Of a DNA stretch of 64,000 nt, positions 1 through 15,034 are shown one piece after another (the stretch's first letter is position 1; the number at the start of each line of letters is the position of its first letter). This DNA comes from Utricularia gibba. Taxonomy: Eukaryota; Plantae; Magnoliophyta. The stretch lies in the NCBI GenBank assembly GCA_002189035.1, contig NEEC01000002.1, forward strand, positions 1,674,001-1,738,000. The letters are read 5' to 3'. The translations under genes were made by a program, and so were the position numbers. Under the pieces are notes generated by a model that saw only the letters and a list, made by a program, of their open reading frames with translations, had not been told where the DNA came from and did no database searches.

Positions 1-791
1 CTTTTCATTAGTTACCTGTAATTTTAATTTTTAATTTGGAATATAATAAAATCTGTTTGAAATTGTATTAAAAAATATACTATAAATTTAATAAAATTTA
101 ATATACATTATAAAATTTAATATATTAAATTAACATATAATTTAATTTTATAGCTTATGAATAGTAAAATTTATAATTAATATTTTTTTTAATGATTTTA
201 TTACGGATAAAGATTAGAATTTTTAAAAATTAAATAAAATCAATTCAAAAAATTATGAAAACCAAATAGGACCTAAAATTTATAAATAAATTATAGCAAA
301 TTTAATTCATATTAACCTTGTATTTAATAAAAGAATTTAACTATGACTACTAAATCCATTTGTATGTTATCGAATATACGAATCAGTGGGGGTAGAGTGA
401 GGAACTGGTTAATTGATTTGGGCTGCGCAAATGCCGCTTGGCTCTGAGGATGCTCCACTGAAGAGACGACGGTGCGGCGGCGAGTGGGACAGAGTTTTGT
501 TCTGAACCCTGCGATGCGGCGATCTGAACATGAAGAAATCAGAAGCCACTGTGCGTCTAGACAAGAGAAGAATGTGAAAGACGAGAAGCAGCACAAGCAA
601 GTGGGGGGGCCTGCGTCTGCCATATGAAAAAAGAGAGAAACTTGCAATCTATTGCACCAAAACCCAGCAAACATATGGTAGGATTTGAGATTGGATGGGT
701 TTGAATGCAGGGAAACAAACATATGCTATGTGTACAAGTTATCTATCTGATAATGTTTTCTTCTAGAACACCACACCAGACGGCCCCCGCA

Positions 792-1259
792 TCAGAGACT
801 CAAATCCAAACTCAACCGCTCTTTGCTCCCCGTGGTCTTGCAATGAGCAGTCGCAATCGCCACTACCTTCGGCTTGGAACCGGAGATCGTGCTCATCTGT
901 TGTCTGCTTCTGATCCAGGGACTATGATAAGCATACGCTACAGGGACACTCGCAGCGTACGGTTCTGAATCAAGATGCATCATCATCCTCTTCGCATGCT
1001 GACGCTCCCTTTTGTGGGCATTCTGGTGGCCTCCCAAGGCTTGCGAAGTTGGGAAGTTTCTGGAACAGTATTGACACTCGAACTTCCTGTAAACCTTGTC
1101 CTTGTTACCTCGTTCTTGATCTTCTTCTTGGATGTACATGTCTGCGGCACATCGGAACTCCTTGCCGAAGAGTTTGATGTTCTTCTTGGGAGGGCGCAGG
1201 AAGGGAAGCTGAGAGAAGGAAGTGATGAAATCACGAGTCTCTGCTTCCGTCCTGTCCAT
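792..1259 (-). CDS. Single C2H2 zinc-finger transcription factor, ZFP8/GIS (GLABROUS INFLORESCENCE STEMS) clade, intronless
   Basis: [27 protein letters not shown] (plant QALGGH finger), N-terminal [26 protein letters not shown] typical of the ZFP8/GIS clade, C-terminal EAR motif LSLDLSL. The second ATG (1259) is preferred over the ORF-track start at 1343. Confidence 0.9.
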   Translation of the reverse strand: MDRTEAETRDFITSFSQLPFLRPPKKNIKLFGKEFRCAADMYIQEEDQERGNKDKVYRKFECQYCSRNFPTSQALGGHQNAHKRERQHAKRMMMHLDSEPYAASVPVAYAYHSPWIRSRQQMSTISGSKPKVVAIATAHCKTTGSKERLSLDLSL

Positions 1260-2118
1260 AGGATACGATGGAATGAGAAGAAAAGGAAGTGGCTTGCGGT
1301 TGAGGATGAACTGAGCAACCAGAAGATGGAACACAAAACGCACTATTTTAATAAAACACGAGTTGGATGATGATTTTATTTAAAGTGTTACATGTTGAAA
1401 GGCAACTTGATCTCATGCTACATGTATAGAACCGTACGATGGAGTGGATGGATTAGACATTATTGGTAGTAAACAGACAGATGGGAAAAAATGAGAAATA
1501 AAATATTGAGGAATAATGTGATCATGGAATGTGAAGTGTATGTGCATAATAGCGACGCACAAGTGAAATTAATTGTGAAGGTGAATGGTGGGTTCAATAG
1601 GGACAAAATGTGTCCATACAAGTCGCCTCGTGCCGACATGAGGGGACCAAAGCCAACATTTTTAGGACATCATGACTCGGTCCACTTGCTGCGCTGGGTA
1701 CGCTGCAGCCCAAGTGGCGGCGTGTCCTTTTGTATCATGTAACGAGTCTGAATCCGGATTCCATTTTGCCCCATTTGCCATCCTTGAAAAATCACAACAA
1801 TTTGAGAAATTAAAATGAAAGGCCGACGTGGACTGATCTGGACCGTCGATGCATTCTGTTTTCCCAAGGATCCTTGAACTCTTCGTTTCTTTCTTTAGTA
1901 TAGTTTAAATTATTACACCATAAAGTTTATTAGAATCCAATCACAAATTCCTAACCTGTTGGGTTCGATGTCAGATTGGCGTCGACCCTGTCTGAGACAA
2001 ATTCAAGTCCGTAGTTTCATATCTTGTCACAACAGCACACAACACATGAAGTTGTTGTTTTTGACAGATCTACATCAACAAAAATCTAATTTACAGTTAA
2101 CAAGACGAGCTTACACTT

Positions 2119-3897
2119 TTATATGAGCAGCTCCTTGAGGAAAGGCACGATGGCTTCACCCAGTTCAGTGTGATGAGATGAGTAGACGTGGTTGGCTTCT
2201 TGAATGACTTTCAGCTGGTGGTTTGGGATTATCTTGGCAAATTGATGGGCATCTTCCAATGGGATAACCTCATCAGCGGACCCATGGACTGTAAGTACCC
2301 TGTTTCAGATGGACGATGCTCATCATTCTCTAGTAAAATGCAGTTACTTTTAAGGATAAAGGCTTTGAATAAAAGGAGAAGGCACTGATATTATTTGGGA
2401 GTCAGTAACCAAATCATTAGAGTTGCATCTCTACCTGCAATTCTTATCGATCCCAAGGCATACTTCATGCATGTTTGTGGTGAGTCTTTCCATTAGGCTC
2501 TCTTCCGTGACCCTATAATCAATCTCCCCTGTCATATGCGAGGGGACTGAGTGAAGTGAAGGAACTTTATATGATTTGATGAAAGACGCTCGTGAAGGAT
2601 AAAAGGAAGTTTGAGTATGAAATACTGCCAAAAATATTCAAGCCGCAGCCGGTAAAACAATGAAATCACCTTTTTTGCCCTTTACATCAATGTAGCCATC
2701 CTGCTTGAGTTTTACCAAAAAATCTTTGCCTAATCGCTCTTCAAGTCCTCTCTTTAGATCATAACGACCAGAGGCATTTATTACGCCAGGTACATCGTGA
2801 TACTTGGATGCATAAAGGAGAACAGCATTTCCACCTGAATCATGAGATCTGAGATTTATGAATAAACGCAGACAAAAAAATGTGCCGATGAGTAAAGCAT
2901 ATCAAGGAGAAAGTCCACAACAGGGATGCAGATATAGGAATCATTCGGAATACTAGATGCAAGCAAGGATAGATAATTATATTTTTTAACCTTTACTGTG
3001 TCCAAGAACAGCAATTATCGGCCGTTGCAACCCTTTGAAGTGCTCTACCACAGATCTTATATCTTCAGCCTCACTGCAGTAGTTTGCAAACTGAAACGTA
3101 CCTTCACTTTCTCTGGGAAAGAAAGACAACGAAAAACAAGGATTTGAAAGATGAATTACTTTGAGAAATGTATTTTTCAGCAGATAACTAACAATAAATA
3201 TTCAGGAACATTACCCATTTCCAGAGAAATCGAAACGAAATGCACTGATTCCTTCTTTTTCTAAAGCAGCAGAAAGGTTGGCCATCACATCATCCTCCTA
3301 TGATGAGACAAAACAGTAAAAACACAATTCTGAGACAATACATGATTATGATTTAGTGCAGGTGGTGAAGACTCAAGTTCACATCATAATTTATAATCAT
3401 CCACTTTCCAGGCTAGTGATGACTGTATACTGTGATGCACTTGTTTAAAACAAAGAGACATTGTTTTAGTCGAAATCAATGATCACTTCACATTCAAATG
3501 TATACAAAAGAACAACATTTCTATGCCATTATTGAAAGAATGAAGCTTCGGGTATTTTTTTTTCTCTTCTGTCATTTTCTCCTCTCTGAACTCTGTAAAT
3601 CCTATTTCATTTCCAGCCTGTCTTTGCCAGAAATCTCTCCAGTTTTTAGTTGATAGAAGAAAAAGGAACAAGAAGTATCCCTGACAAGGATCTAGAATGT
3701 CAACTGGGAATTTCAAAATCCTGCACCTCTAAGAAGCATCTAAAATTTGCCCTTGTAGACAAAAAAAAGCTAAATAATCCAACCTTGGATGCTGCAAGGC
3801 CATGGCACAGAATAACGACTTCCTCAGATCCATTGTCATGAAAAAGGCCAACAAGTTTCTCACCGCGCTTGTTTACTACAGAAATTTTCTGTGCCAT
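2119..3897 (-). CDS. Alpha/beta-hydrolase superfamily protein (serine esterase-like), 6 coding exons plus a 5' UTR intron
   Basis: Spliced by hand: MAQKISVVNKRGEKLVGLFH..VILCHG|EDDVMANLSAALEKEGISAFRFDFSGNG|ESEG..LGHSKG (nucleophile elbow)|GNAVLLYASKY..|..CR|VLTVHGSADEVIP..EANHVY..KELLI*. All junctions are GT-AG. Confidence 0.9.
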
Positions 3898-4793
3898 AGT
3901 TACTGAATCATCCAAAAACAGGCATTAGCAAGCACCTATGCACTTTTCTCATATAGGATCCAACTAAATTATTTAGACGACGACCATACTCTACCCAAAA
4001 AACCTCAAACTAATCAGATTATAATGGAAATAATCAAATAAAGGATTCTAACTTTAGGTGATTACCCTTCTTACCACCCCTACACACCACAAAATCTGAG
4101 CAATCATGTGTCACTCATTCATTGAACTTCTCGTAATCTCACTCACATACAAGTTCGCAGTAAGATGAAATGACTTGTATTCTTAGGAATAGGTGAAAAG
4201 AAACCACCAGTTAGAGCAGATACTGAGGAATTCAAAGAGAACAATCAAAAAAATTGGAAAAAAACATCAAGTGCAGTCCATTCCTATGCGTTACCTGCCA
4301 ATCTCCGGTGGCCCTGCGGCACTGACGAACACGAACACGTCACTCACTTGAATTTCACTGATTCTCGAGCTCGATTTTGAAACTGTTCCTTGAAAAAGTT
4401 GTTGATGGGTTTTTGGGCCTCGAATAACAACATTGCAGCCCAATATCAATTGCGAATGTTTGATTCTAAACTTTAAATACAGTTTCTAATTAAAATAATT
4501 TACAGGAGGAGAAGCAGCCCATTATATCCTGCGCGCGCGCACGGTAACAGAAATTAGGTTCACTGTAGCGACACAAAAAATGGTCGGTGTTGGTTTCTGA
4601 TTTTTTTTTCCGTCTAGGCAGATGCCGTTAGAATCAACATTTTGCTGTGTACGAAGCCGTTTATGGGGGTCTCTGTTGATGTCCTGGAATTGCAGTCGGG
4701 AGTGTGATCGCTGATGAATGTTTCTGGGCGACTGTGTGGGGTTGGAAGAACGACAAATTGTGAAAAAAAGCAACTGTTTCTCTGTTTTCTTTA

Positions 4794-7714
4794 ATGGAGC
4801 CGCGAGTGGGGAACAAGTATCGATTGGGTCGCAAGATCGGGTCTGGGTCATTCGGGGAGATCTATCTAGGTGCGTCATGAAGTTTTTTTGGATTTGTTCA
4901 TGCACTTTTCTCCCCGGTTTTGTATGGCTGTGCCCGGTTTACTGGTGGGGTTATTTCTGTTTCAGGGACAAACGTTCAGACTAATGAGGAGGTTGCAGTG
5001 AAACTGGTAAGTCATTCATTTTGTTTTATGTACATTTTTTGGTTGCTAGTGAGTTTGGTATAGATTAACAAGTAGATTGGAATCTTTGGTGCTTTGTGAA
5101 TCATTTGAACATACTAGCCCCTATAACTGAACTCTAATTTTGAAGATTTTTTACAAAGCAATTCGACCCTTGATGTACCATTCAAATCCTTCAGGAAAAT
5201 ACCAAGACGAAGCATCCTCAGTTGCTGTATGAGTCAAAGCTGTATAAGATTTTGCAGGGCGGAAGTAATTTAATACTGATCATTATGCTTTCTTTCGTTT
5301 CGTAGTGATAAACGTTTGCCTCACTTTACTAATGAAAATTTTCACAATATGGCAGCTGGGATACCAAATGTACGATGGTTTGGTGTTGAAGGGGAATACA
5401 ATGTTCTAGTCATGGACTTGCTTGGCCCTAGTCTTGAAGATCTGTTTAACTTTTGTAACAGAAAATTCTCCCTTAAGACTGTTCTTATGCTTGCTGATCA
5501 AATGGTACTTGTGTTTAGGATAACTCGTTTGTATTTTTGTGATGCAATCCTGTGTTGATTAAAAACTTGTTATGTTAGTCATTATCCCCGAACAACTATT
5601 GCATTGATGATTTTTTCTCTCAGATTAATCGCATTGAATTCGTGCACTCAAAATCATTTTTGCATCGCGATATCAAGCCAGATAATTTTTTGATGGGCTT
5701 GGGTCGACGTGCTAATCAGGTAAGGATCTCTTATCAATCTTTTGGCACTGCCAGATTTTGCTTTATGTAGCATCATATTGAGATTTTGTAACAGGTTTAC
5801 ATCATCGATTTTGGCCTGGCAAAGAAATATAGAGATAGCTCATCTCTCCATCATATTCCCTACAGGTGGGATTAGCATAATTTACTTGTTTTCTGTATGT
5901 AATTACTACTAATTACAATGAAGTTGTTGATTAATCAGGCTGATATTCCTGTTCACTGTCAATGATGTGTGACCTTCATTTCTTACATTTCAACGTATCT
6001 GAACTGTGCATATTGAGTCTAAGCAAAAAGCTTACAATCTGTTTTATGGCTTTCAAGTGAATCTGTCTGCATGATTATGGAATATGAGTCGATATTTATT
6101 CTTTGTATTATAAATCTTCATGGCTGCTCGTGCTCCAGGGAGAATAAAAACCTGACAGGAACAGCAAGATATGCCAGTATGAATACACACTTGGGTATAG
6201 GTAAGTATCTTCTCTCTCTTTTTACCATTTGTTTTTGGCTGCCCTCTAATTTATTCTGAGACCATTTATATTATTTGGCCTTCTAAATAGAACAAAGCCG
6301 AAGAGATGATTTGGAGTCTCTTGGATTTGTGTTGATGTACTTTCTAAGGGGAAGGTGATTCATCATATTTTCTGTTGATAGGGCTTAGTCATTTTGTAAT
6401 TAACTGGCACATGCATGTTGCAGTCTCCCTTGGCAGGGTTTGAAAGCTGGAACGAAAAAACAGAAATATGAAAAAATTAGCGAGAAGAAAGTATCAACTA
6501 CCATTGAGGTCACTTTTCAATAAATGGTCTGTTGTATCCTTCATTCTTCATAACTAACTCTGAATCTCATCTTTCCAGGCATTGTGCCGGGGTTATCCCA
6601 CCGTGTTTGCATCTTATTTTCATTATTGCCGATCACTGAGGTTCGAGGACAAACCAGATTATGCGTATTTGAAGAGAATATTTCGGGATCTTTTCATTCA
6701 CGAGGGTCTGGAAATTTGGTTTAATTTTTCTTTTCCGTTAGCTTATTTTGTTGTTTCCCTATTGGGATGGCAATGGGTTTAACTTTTTTTTTTCCTCTGT
6801 CCTATTCAGGGTTTCAATTCGACTACATCTTTGATTGGACTGTTTTGAAATATCAACAGTCCCAAGTGGCTGCTTCTTCATCCCAGACTCCTGTTAGTTA
6901 TTAACCTCATGATTTTATACCTTCACCTTCGCATGATGTAACTTTCCCACTTTTTGGGGATTTTTTTCAGGGTCAAAGCACTGGGTTGCCGCCTGCCATT
7001 CCAGGCCTTGAAAGGTTACGAGGTGATCCTGCTACATGAGCTCTGTTCTTCCATTAATTTATCTTCTTGTAGTCCATCAGAACTGCCAATTGCATTTTAC
7101 TGTTATACTGCTATGTAGCAAACTATAGGGGATGGTAGGCTGAAGCTTATCTTGGATTGCAGATGATGAAGACGAGAGGCAAACTGGTACTTCAGCAAAT
7201 GTATCCCAGCAGAGACTTTCGGGGCAGCTTGTAAATTCTGGAAGCTTATCTAGGCAAAAGAAGCCAATTGGAAATGACTCGTCTAGCAAGGAAGCAGTGG
7301 TTAGCCCTTAAATTCCTACAGTTGTTCTTGGATAAAGCTGCCTTTTTTCATTGTTCTTCTCTCAGTGGAGGTTCTATATTTGATCTGTATCCTTTTAAAG
7401 AATGCTCTTTCAGTGAAGATTTATGCTGTATTCATTAATTTTATTGCCTTGTTCAGATATCCACTTCAGCTTTTCAAGGGAGATCCTGTGGAACACTAAA
7501 CCGAACTCCTGCTTTTGGAAATTATTCTGATCCTGCTCATTCTCGGACCCCTGAGAACACACCAGCAGGTGACAGCAGAACTCCTAGTGGTCAAAGAGCT
7601 GAATTCTCCGATCCAAGGCATACTTCTTCCACCATCAAGATGAGTGATTCTGTGATAAAGGGTATCGAGAGCCTGCATTTCAAGGGCGAAGAAAAAGGAC
7701 GGGGACTTTCATGA
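4794..7714 (+). CDS. CKL: Casein kinase 1 (CK1/CKL family), multi-exon
   Basis: [83 protein letters not shown]-terminal KGIESLHF. Exon junctions are consistent with plant CK1 structure. Confidence 0.95.
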
Positions 7715-9921
7715 TCATCATTTTTTCCCATTTCCAACTGGTAATCAGCTCTGATTTCAAATTTAGTCTCTCTTGTAAGATATTCTGCTCTGCCCGTGTG
7801 CCATTCATCTCACCGTTTGCAAATTATGCTTGTAGCTCAAGTTAGATGTTTCATTACCAGTGTAACGCTGTCAGTTGTCATTCTTCGCCCATTCACTATG
7901 GAGCCAATCTCTTCCCTCCCCCTGATCACAACAAATAGAATACGATATTTACAGATGCTAAAACCACATGCCACCTTTTTGCTAAGCTAAGTATGCATAT
8001 ATGGGGCAGGTTGGCAGAAGAGGCTGCAACTTCCCAGGAGCAAGTCAGGAGTGTAGGAGTTTTATGTATTTTCATCCGGAATGTGAAGATACAGCGCTTG
8101 TGCAAGAATGCCCAAGATCAACGTACTTCTGGTAAGGTGATGACCCTGTAAGAAATTACTAGTCGCCCATGTGGATATTGGATTGAGACACATGGTGGGA
8201 TGCCATGATATTACCAGAAGTTCAGTTGCCGGTTGTCGATCTTTCGGATCCTCCTGCACCTGTCAAGCAACATAAGTAGGATGTCAATCCAGCAACAGAG
8301 CATTTCTGCTTAGATTCCTCTCACCTTCACTTGTCATGTAGTTGTTCCTTCCTGAATTCTGCCGACACCAAATTTCATCAAACAAGGAATTGAAACACGA
8401 AAGGTGTAACCTTGTCTTGCAAGATATGGCTGTAGGGCGCTATTCGGGCAAGGTGACCACCATTTTCCAATTTGGTTCTCTGGTGGTTGGCTGGAACTGA
8501 GTTAATGCTGAAGACGACATAACTGACATCCAAATAAGACAACAAAAGCAACCAGTAAGAGAGCTACCAAAAGTGAATCATAAAAGAACAAAAAAAAAAC
8601 AAGGATTTGTTTTTAAGAAGAATTATTTTTACAAAAAATTTGAAATTGATTTACAGGTTGGTGTTTAGTGGGATCCAATTTTAATAATATTAAAACTCTG
8701 TTTGGAACAATTTATATTAAAGTATTTTATAAATATTTTGATTATTAAATATGAATGATTTATATTGAAATACTTTAACAATTTAAAATTATTTTTAATT
8801 TGAGTTTTGACTTTTTCAAAATCAAGTCTCTAAAAATGCTTTAAGAAATTATATTAAAAGATGTAAGAAAAAAAATGTTACCATTTATCAAAGTTTTTTT
8901 ATTAAATTATTTAATTATGTGATTAAGAACTTTTTATTGTTCTGTTATTTTGTATTGGAGAATTGGAGAGTGGTTTCCTTTTGGTTGTCTTGCTGGGAGA
9001 TGAAAAGTAGTTTCCTCACAAAAAATGTTGACTTTTGTGGGTAGTGAGGTGGAGTAGCATGGAATGAAGCTTGGGTGCCCGAGCTGCCCGAATTCAATCA
9101 AGGTGTCCTAGCGGAGACGTAAAAGAAGCAGAGAATTGTAGGGGGCATACTGGAAGCAGGGGAATTGGCGGTGGGTGGGAGGTTGAAACTTGCTTCTCTT
9201 GTAATTCATTCGATTAATTGAACATAAACCCTAACCTCCGTAGATTTAGGCAGGCTACGAATTCGTCTTCTTCTTCCTCTTCTATCTACTGCTTCGAATG
9301 CTCAGAGTTTTCTTTTTTTTTTTTCATTCGAAGGCAAGATGGGAAAGGCTAGTTTTGGTCTAATTCTAGTTGATTTCGTGTTCATGTATTCTGGGTTTTA
9401 ATTCCCTGCTGATGGCTTGGTGGTGTTTTGGAGTTGCCTTGATTACGTTTGTAATGAACCTATTATTCGTACTTTTTGTTTTTGTTTTTCCTGTTTATCA
9501 GTTTCTACTGAATGGTTAGGATCAAAGGTCAAATCTTTGAATAGGATCATGCAGTTCAATGTAATCGCTCCAAATTTTGAACACTTATGATTTTTCATAT
9601 TAATAAACAGGTTACTTAAAGCTAGTGTGAGAGCAGGCGTTTTTTTTCAAGGCATCGCCATCTTGGGTAGCGGATGGATCTGAGTAAGGAGCTCCAATTT
9701 TTGTTTCAGAATTTTTTTCGTAGTTTAGATGCTTTACTATTTGCAATGTTGCTCTCAGTGAAACAATGTGGCTGTTCCATTATTTTTCTGGGATACCTCA
9801 GCAACTGTCTTTTGTGGGTGAAATAAAAAACTGATAACTGGATTCTAAAGTGTCGTGAATATTCAACCTTTTATTTTGATTCCATGGTACAATATACACA
9901 ACTAGCTTAGATAAGTGGGGA

Positions 9922-10765
9922 ATGAATGAAAGAAAATCTAGAGGGAATCAACATCCTGATGCCACAATATGGGACTTGTTTGGTGTTACAGATTCTGTCA
10001 AAGAGGGAAAGACTAGAAATGCTCTTGAACTGCTCAAATCTGTTACTGATAAGCATCTTGATCTTTTGAGATCATCAGCTCGATATTTTTCCATGCCAAA
10101 AGGTAGTTATTGAATGTTGATTATGTAATATATGGAAAAGCCGCCTTGTTGAGTTTCTGTCCTTGATCATTGGCAAACTATCGATTCTCGTCTTCTTTCG
10201 TGGCTTGATTAGAGTGCTCCATTCTCATTCACGATGAATACATTTACACAATTATATGCAGATTCTCATCTGCCATCTTTAGTAACCCCTACCAGCCTTT
10301 ATGAGATTAAGTGTGTTTTATTGTCAGAGGGAAAGACCAAGTATTCTCTCATGAAGGATGAAGAAGACTCACAACTTGGATTATATGACAAACCTCTTCC
10401 TTGCTTTGGCTGCGGAATTGGCTGGTTCTGGTAAAAACGGAAAATTTGTTTCTATACTCATACGTTTTATCTGGTTTGATAACTCTAAATCTGTTTGTTA
10501 TCCATTACCCAGTTTCTTATTAGGCTTTCTCTGCCCATTGATGTGGTACTATGCAACAATTTTGTACTTCTGTAACTACTACCGCAGGGATCCGAGGGAA
10601 CGGTCTGGTCTGGCTGCCTCTGCAATAGCTGTGAGTAGTCCCCTTGTAGTCTTCTTTGGTTTTACTCTTTGATATCAAAAGTTTACAACCAAGATCATGC
10701 TTGTTTTGCAGGCTTTGGGATGCAGTGTTATATTGTTAATCGTGCTTTTGATTATGGTGTTTTAG
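9922..10765 (+). CDS. Small plant membrane protein of the family usually annotated '60S ribosomal protein L18a-like' (At5g57060-like; not a true ribosomal protein), 4 exons
   Basis: LYDKPLPCFGCGIGWF|..GFLCPLMWYYATILYFCNYYRRDPRERSGLAASAIA|ALGCSVILLIVLLIMVF*. GT-AG junctions near 10102, 10328, 10430, 10513, 10630 and 10712. Confidence 0.8.
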
Positions 10766-11262
10766 CACATCTTTTTTTGGCTGATCATAGAGCTTTTCTC
10801 CAAGCAACACACACATACACAAGTTGAAATCTGTAAGACCGAGACTAAGTAACCAAGGTCCAAGGGTCCCTTGTATCATAGAATGGAACGATTGTAGGCA
10901 ATTGTGCCTGCCCTTTGTTCATTATATCGTATAGCAAAAGCAGACAAACCCCTTTCATTGCTTGTGCCTTTGTGATTCGGAGCTTTCCATTAAAACGCGC
11001 CTTTCTGAGTTTCGATGAATATGCTGTAGAAACTACGTGAAGACATAAAGTTTAGCTACTGATAGTACAGAGAACAATTGCGGATATGCGGCTTGCAAAT
11101 AATGAGCACAACTCTTCAGACCAGTACATGAAGGGAAGAATCAGCTTTGCATTTGTAACACATTCATTCTGAGTAAAATTCCTACAAAACTGTTACTGCT
11201 CAACATTGCCAAGAGCAGTGCAAACGTAAAAATATGCTCTGAACCGTTTGCTCCAGATGTCA

Positions 11263-12945
11263 CTAACGACTAGCTGAGGATGCAAGACGAACATATTTTT
11301 CATCAAGAACAAATCGAGAGCTCGAGCTAATCTGCAGAATGTTGCGTGACCAATACGAATTAGAAAGAAGTAGGATGTTCACTGAAAGAGAAAAAGTACC
11401 TCCATTTCATTATGGTGCCATAAAGATAAAAGGAGGTAACATAAACAGGAGCTTGCCTTGCGCTCCAGTATTTCAGAAACCAGTGCTTTGTTCTGTGCAT
11501 ACTCAGATCCCTCCAAGGATTTTAATACAAGTTTTGTGAGCTTCTTGAACTTCAGCGCACCCTCTGGTTTCTGAAATAGACAATTGCAAGGTATATCAAC
11601 CCCACACCAGATCGAAGGATGAACTAATTTGGAGGGGTAGGCAAGCAGAATTTTTTTTTTTAAAAGGTGGAATATTTGCAGAAAGCGGCAGTAAATCACA
11701 AGCTCTCGCAGTTAGCATTAAAGAAACCATACGGCGAGATCTCAGAACATGATATGTCTAGAAAAGCGTACACAGAATGGCTGGAGCTAAAAGGACAGCA
11801 GGCTTACAGATTTCAGTGCTGAAGAAATAAGCTTTTTCCACTTTATTTTCATTCTGCTAACTTCATTATTGCTCAAGGCAATATCGCGATCTATTTTCTT
11901 GTTCTCCCTTTCTTCCCCACACCTGGCCTTCTTCAGGCCTTTCGCCTCATTTCCTTCTTCTCCATTAATTTCAATAGCATTACCATTTTCCAATTCTGGA
12001 GAGACAACGTTAATGCCATTGAGTAAACTACCACCATTTTCAGATTCCTCAAGCTTTCTTTTCTTGTTAGAGCCTTGGTCACTGGAAATGCCGTGTTTGG
12101 TTTCATTTTCAGCAGATTCATTGATCTCATCTTTTGAACAAGGATGCTGATTTGCTGCATGAAATGCTTTTGCTTTTGCCCTGTGTTTTTTTCCATCAGC
12201 ATGTGCAAGCAAGGTTTGTTTACTTGTAGTCTTGGTATTACACAGGCTGGAAATTGATGGAATAAAATTTAGAATCGCCCATAGAAACATGCATCGAAAC
12301 AAAATACATCCATCTAACGCAAAAATAACATCATGCCAACCTGAATAGGATAAAAAATTTACCTACACACCCATGGCGGCCGCTCAGATAATCCAACGTT
12401 GATGTCAACCTCTGGCTTCTGTTTTGAAGTGGCTTTACCCTTGCCATTCATTGCATTTGAAACTTTCCCTTGACCCTTTGGACCATATTTTTCCTGAAAA
12501 ACACGTACAGAGCAAACCTCGTCATCAAACTTCAGTCAATGCCCGTATAACAAAGTAATTGTAACACAGCATACTAGCTCAAAAATATATGGAACCATGC
12601 AAAGCTTAAAAACTAATCTGATCATCAGTAAAACCATTTTAAAAAATGCTTTCATTAAAATCGATCATATGGGCATTATAAAGGTTTCATCCTTACCGCT
12701 TCAGTAATACATTGCGTGTGACTATCCACATCTTCCTGGCGAAACACTTGCCCGCAATCTATGCAGGACAGCTGAAGCATGACAAGAGAATGAAAGATCA
12801 TGCATAAAATTCAGAATGCTAAATCGTAATCCAAAAGAAAAGAAGACCAAAATTCAACCTTGGAAGCAGAACAGAAATTGAAGTGGTTTGGAAGCTTGGG
12901 CTTCTTGAGATTGTCCCCACAGTCTTCACACTGAAACCAAACCAT
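11263..12945 (-). CDS. LYAR-type C2HC zinc-finger nucleolar protein (UBP1-associated protein 1C-like)
   Basis: [19 protein letters not shown]|[15 protein letters not shown] (LYAR fingers), C2H2 [24 protein letters not shown]-terminal [25 protein letters not shown]. The last intron is GC-AG. Confidence 0.88.
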
Positions 12946-13541
12946 CTCCCTCCCTCCGCCGCCGCAAGCTCAACCCTTCCAGACCAAATGGTTCAAGAAA
13001 ACAGGCACTACTACAATTTCTGGGGCTACTGCCCATTCTAGGGTTCTGTCCATCTATGATGAACTGGAACTACTTCAGTCCGGGCTGGACCCATTTCACT
13101 CCGCCCATCTAGGGCTCACATGCCCAGAATCTAAATGGGCTCATGGGCCAACTTTTTGTTTGAAATTAAGAGTTGTTGAGACCGAATCGATTTTTGAATA
13201 ATTAATAAATTTATTTTTTATTTAATGAGTTTTATCTCTAATAAATTGCTTTGTGAGAAAGAAGCTTCTTGTGCTCTTCTGAGCATTTCTAGCAGTTGTT
13301 TCCTAGAATAATTGCTTTATTGATTGCCGGCATCAATGTTGGCTGTCCTAATCGACCGAATACCTGCTGTACTGTAATTCAAGAGAAAGCAGACCAAAGT
13401 TGGCCAATAAAAAAACCTGCCTGGAGATCAATACAGGATTACCACCAATGTCAGCCAGTGATGAGCAATTACAGCGCTGCGGTTTAATGGAAAACAGAAC
13501 AAAATCGCCAAGAACATACTCTGCAGAGACCAACGGAAGCA

Positions 13542-15034
<1,493 letters not shown>

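Noticed and set aside
975-1370. 131-aa + strand ORF
   Set aside because: Antisense shadow of the ZFP8/GIS-like CDS.
6534-6541. GTATCCTT U12-type donor motif in a CK1 intron
   Set aside because: It lies 25 nt inside the intron. Phase and homology require the ordinary donor at 6509.
9225-9236. AAACCCTAA and other TTAGGGTTT hits as interstitial telomere
   Set aside because: These are single units in promoters or UTRs (telo-boxes), not arrays.
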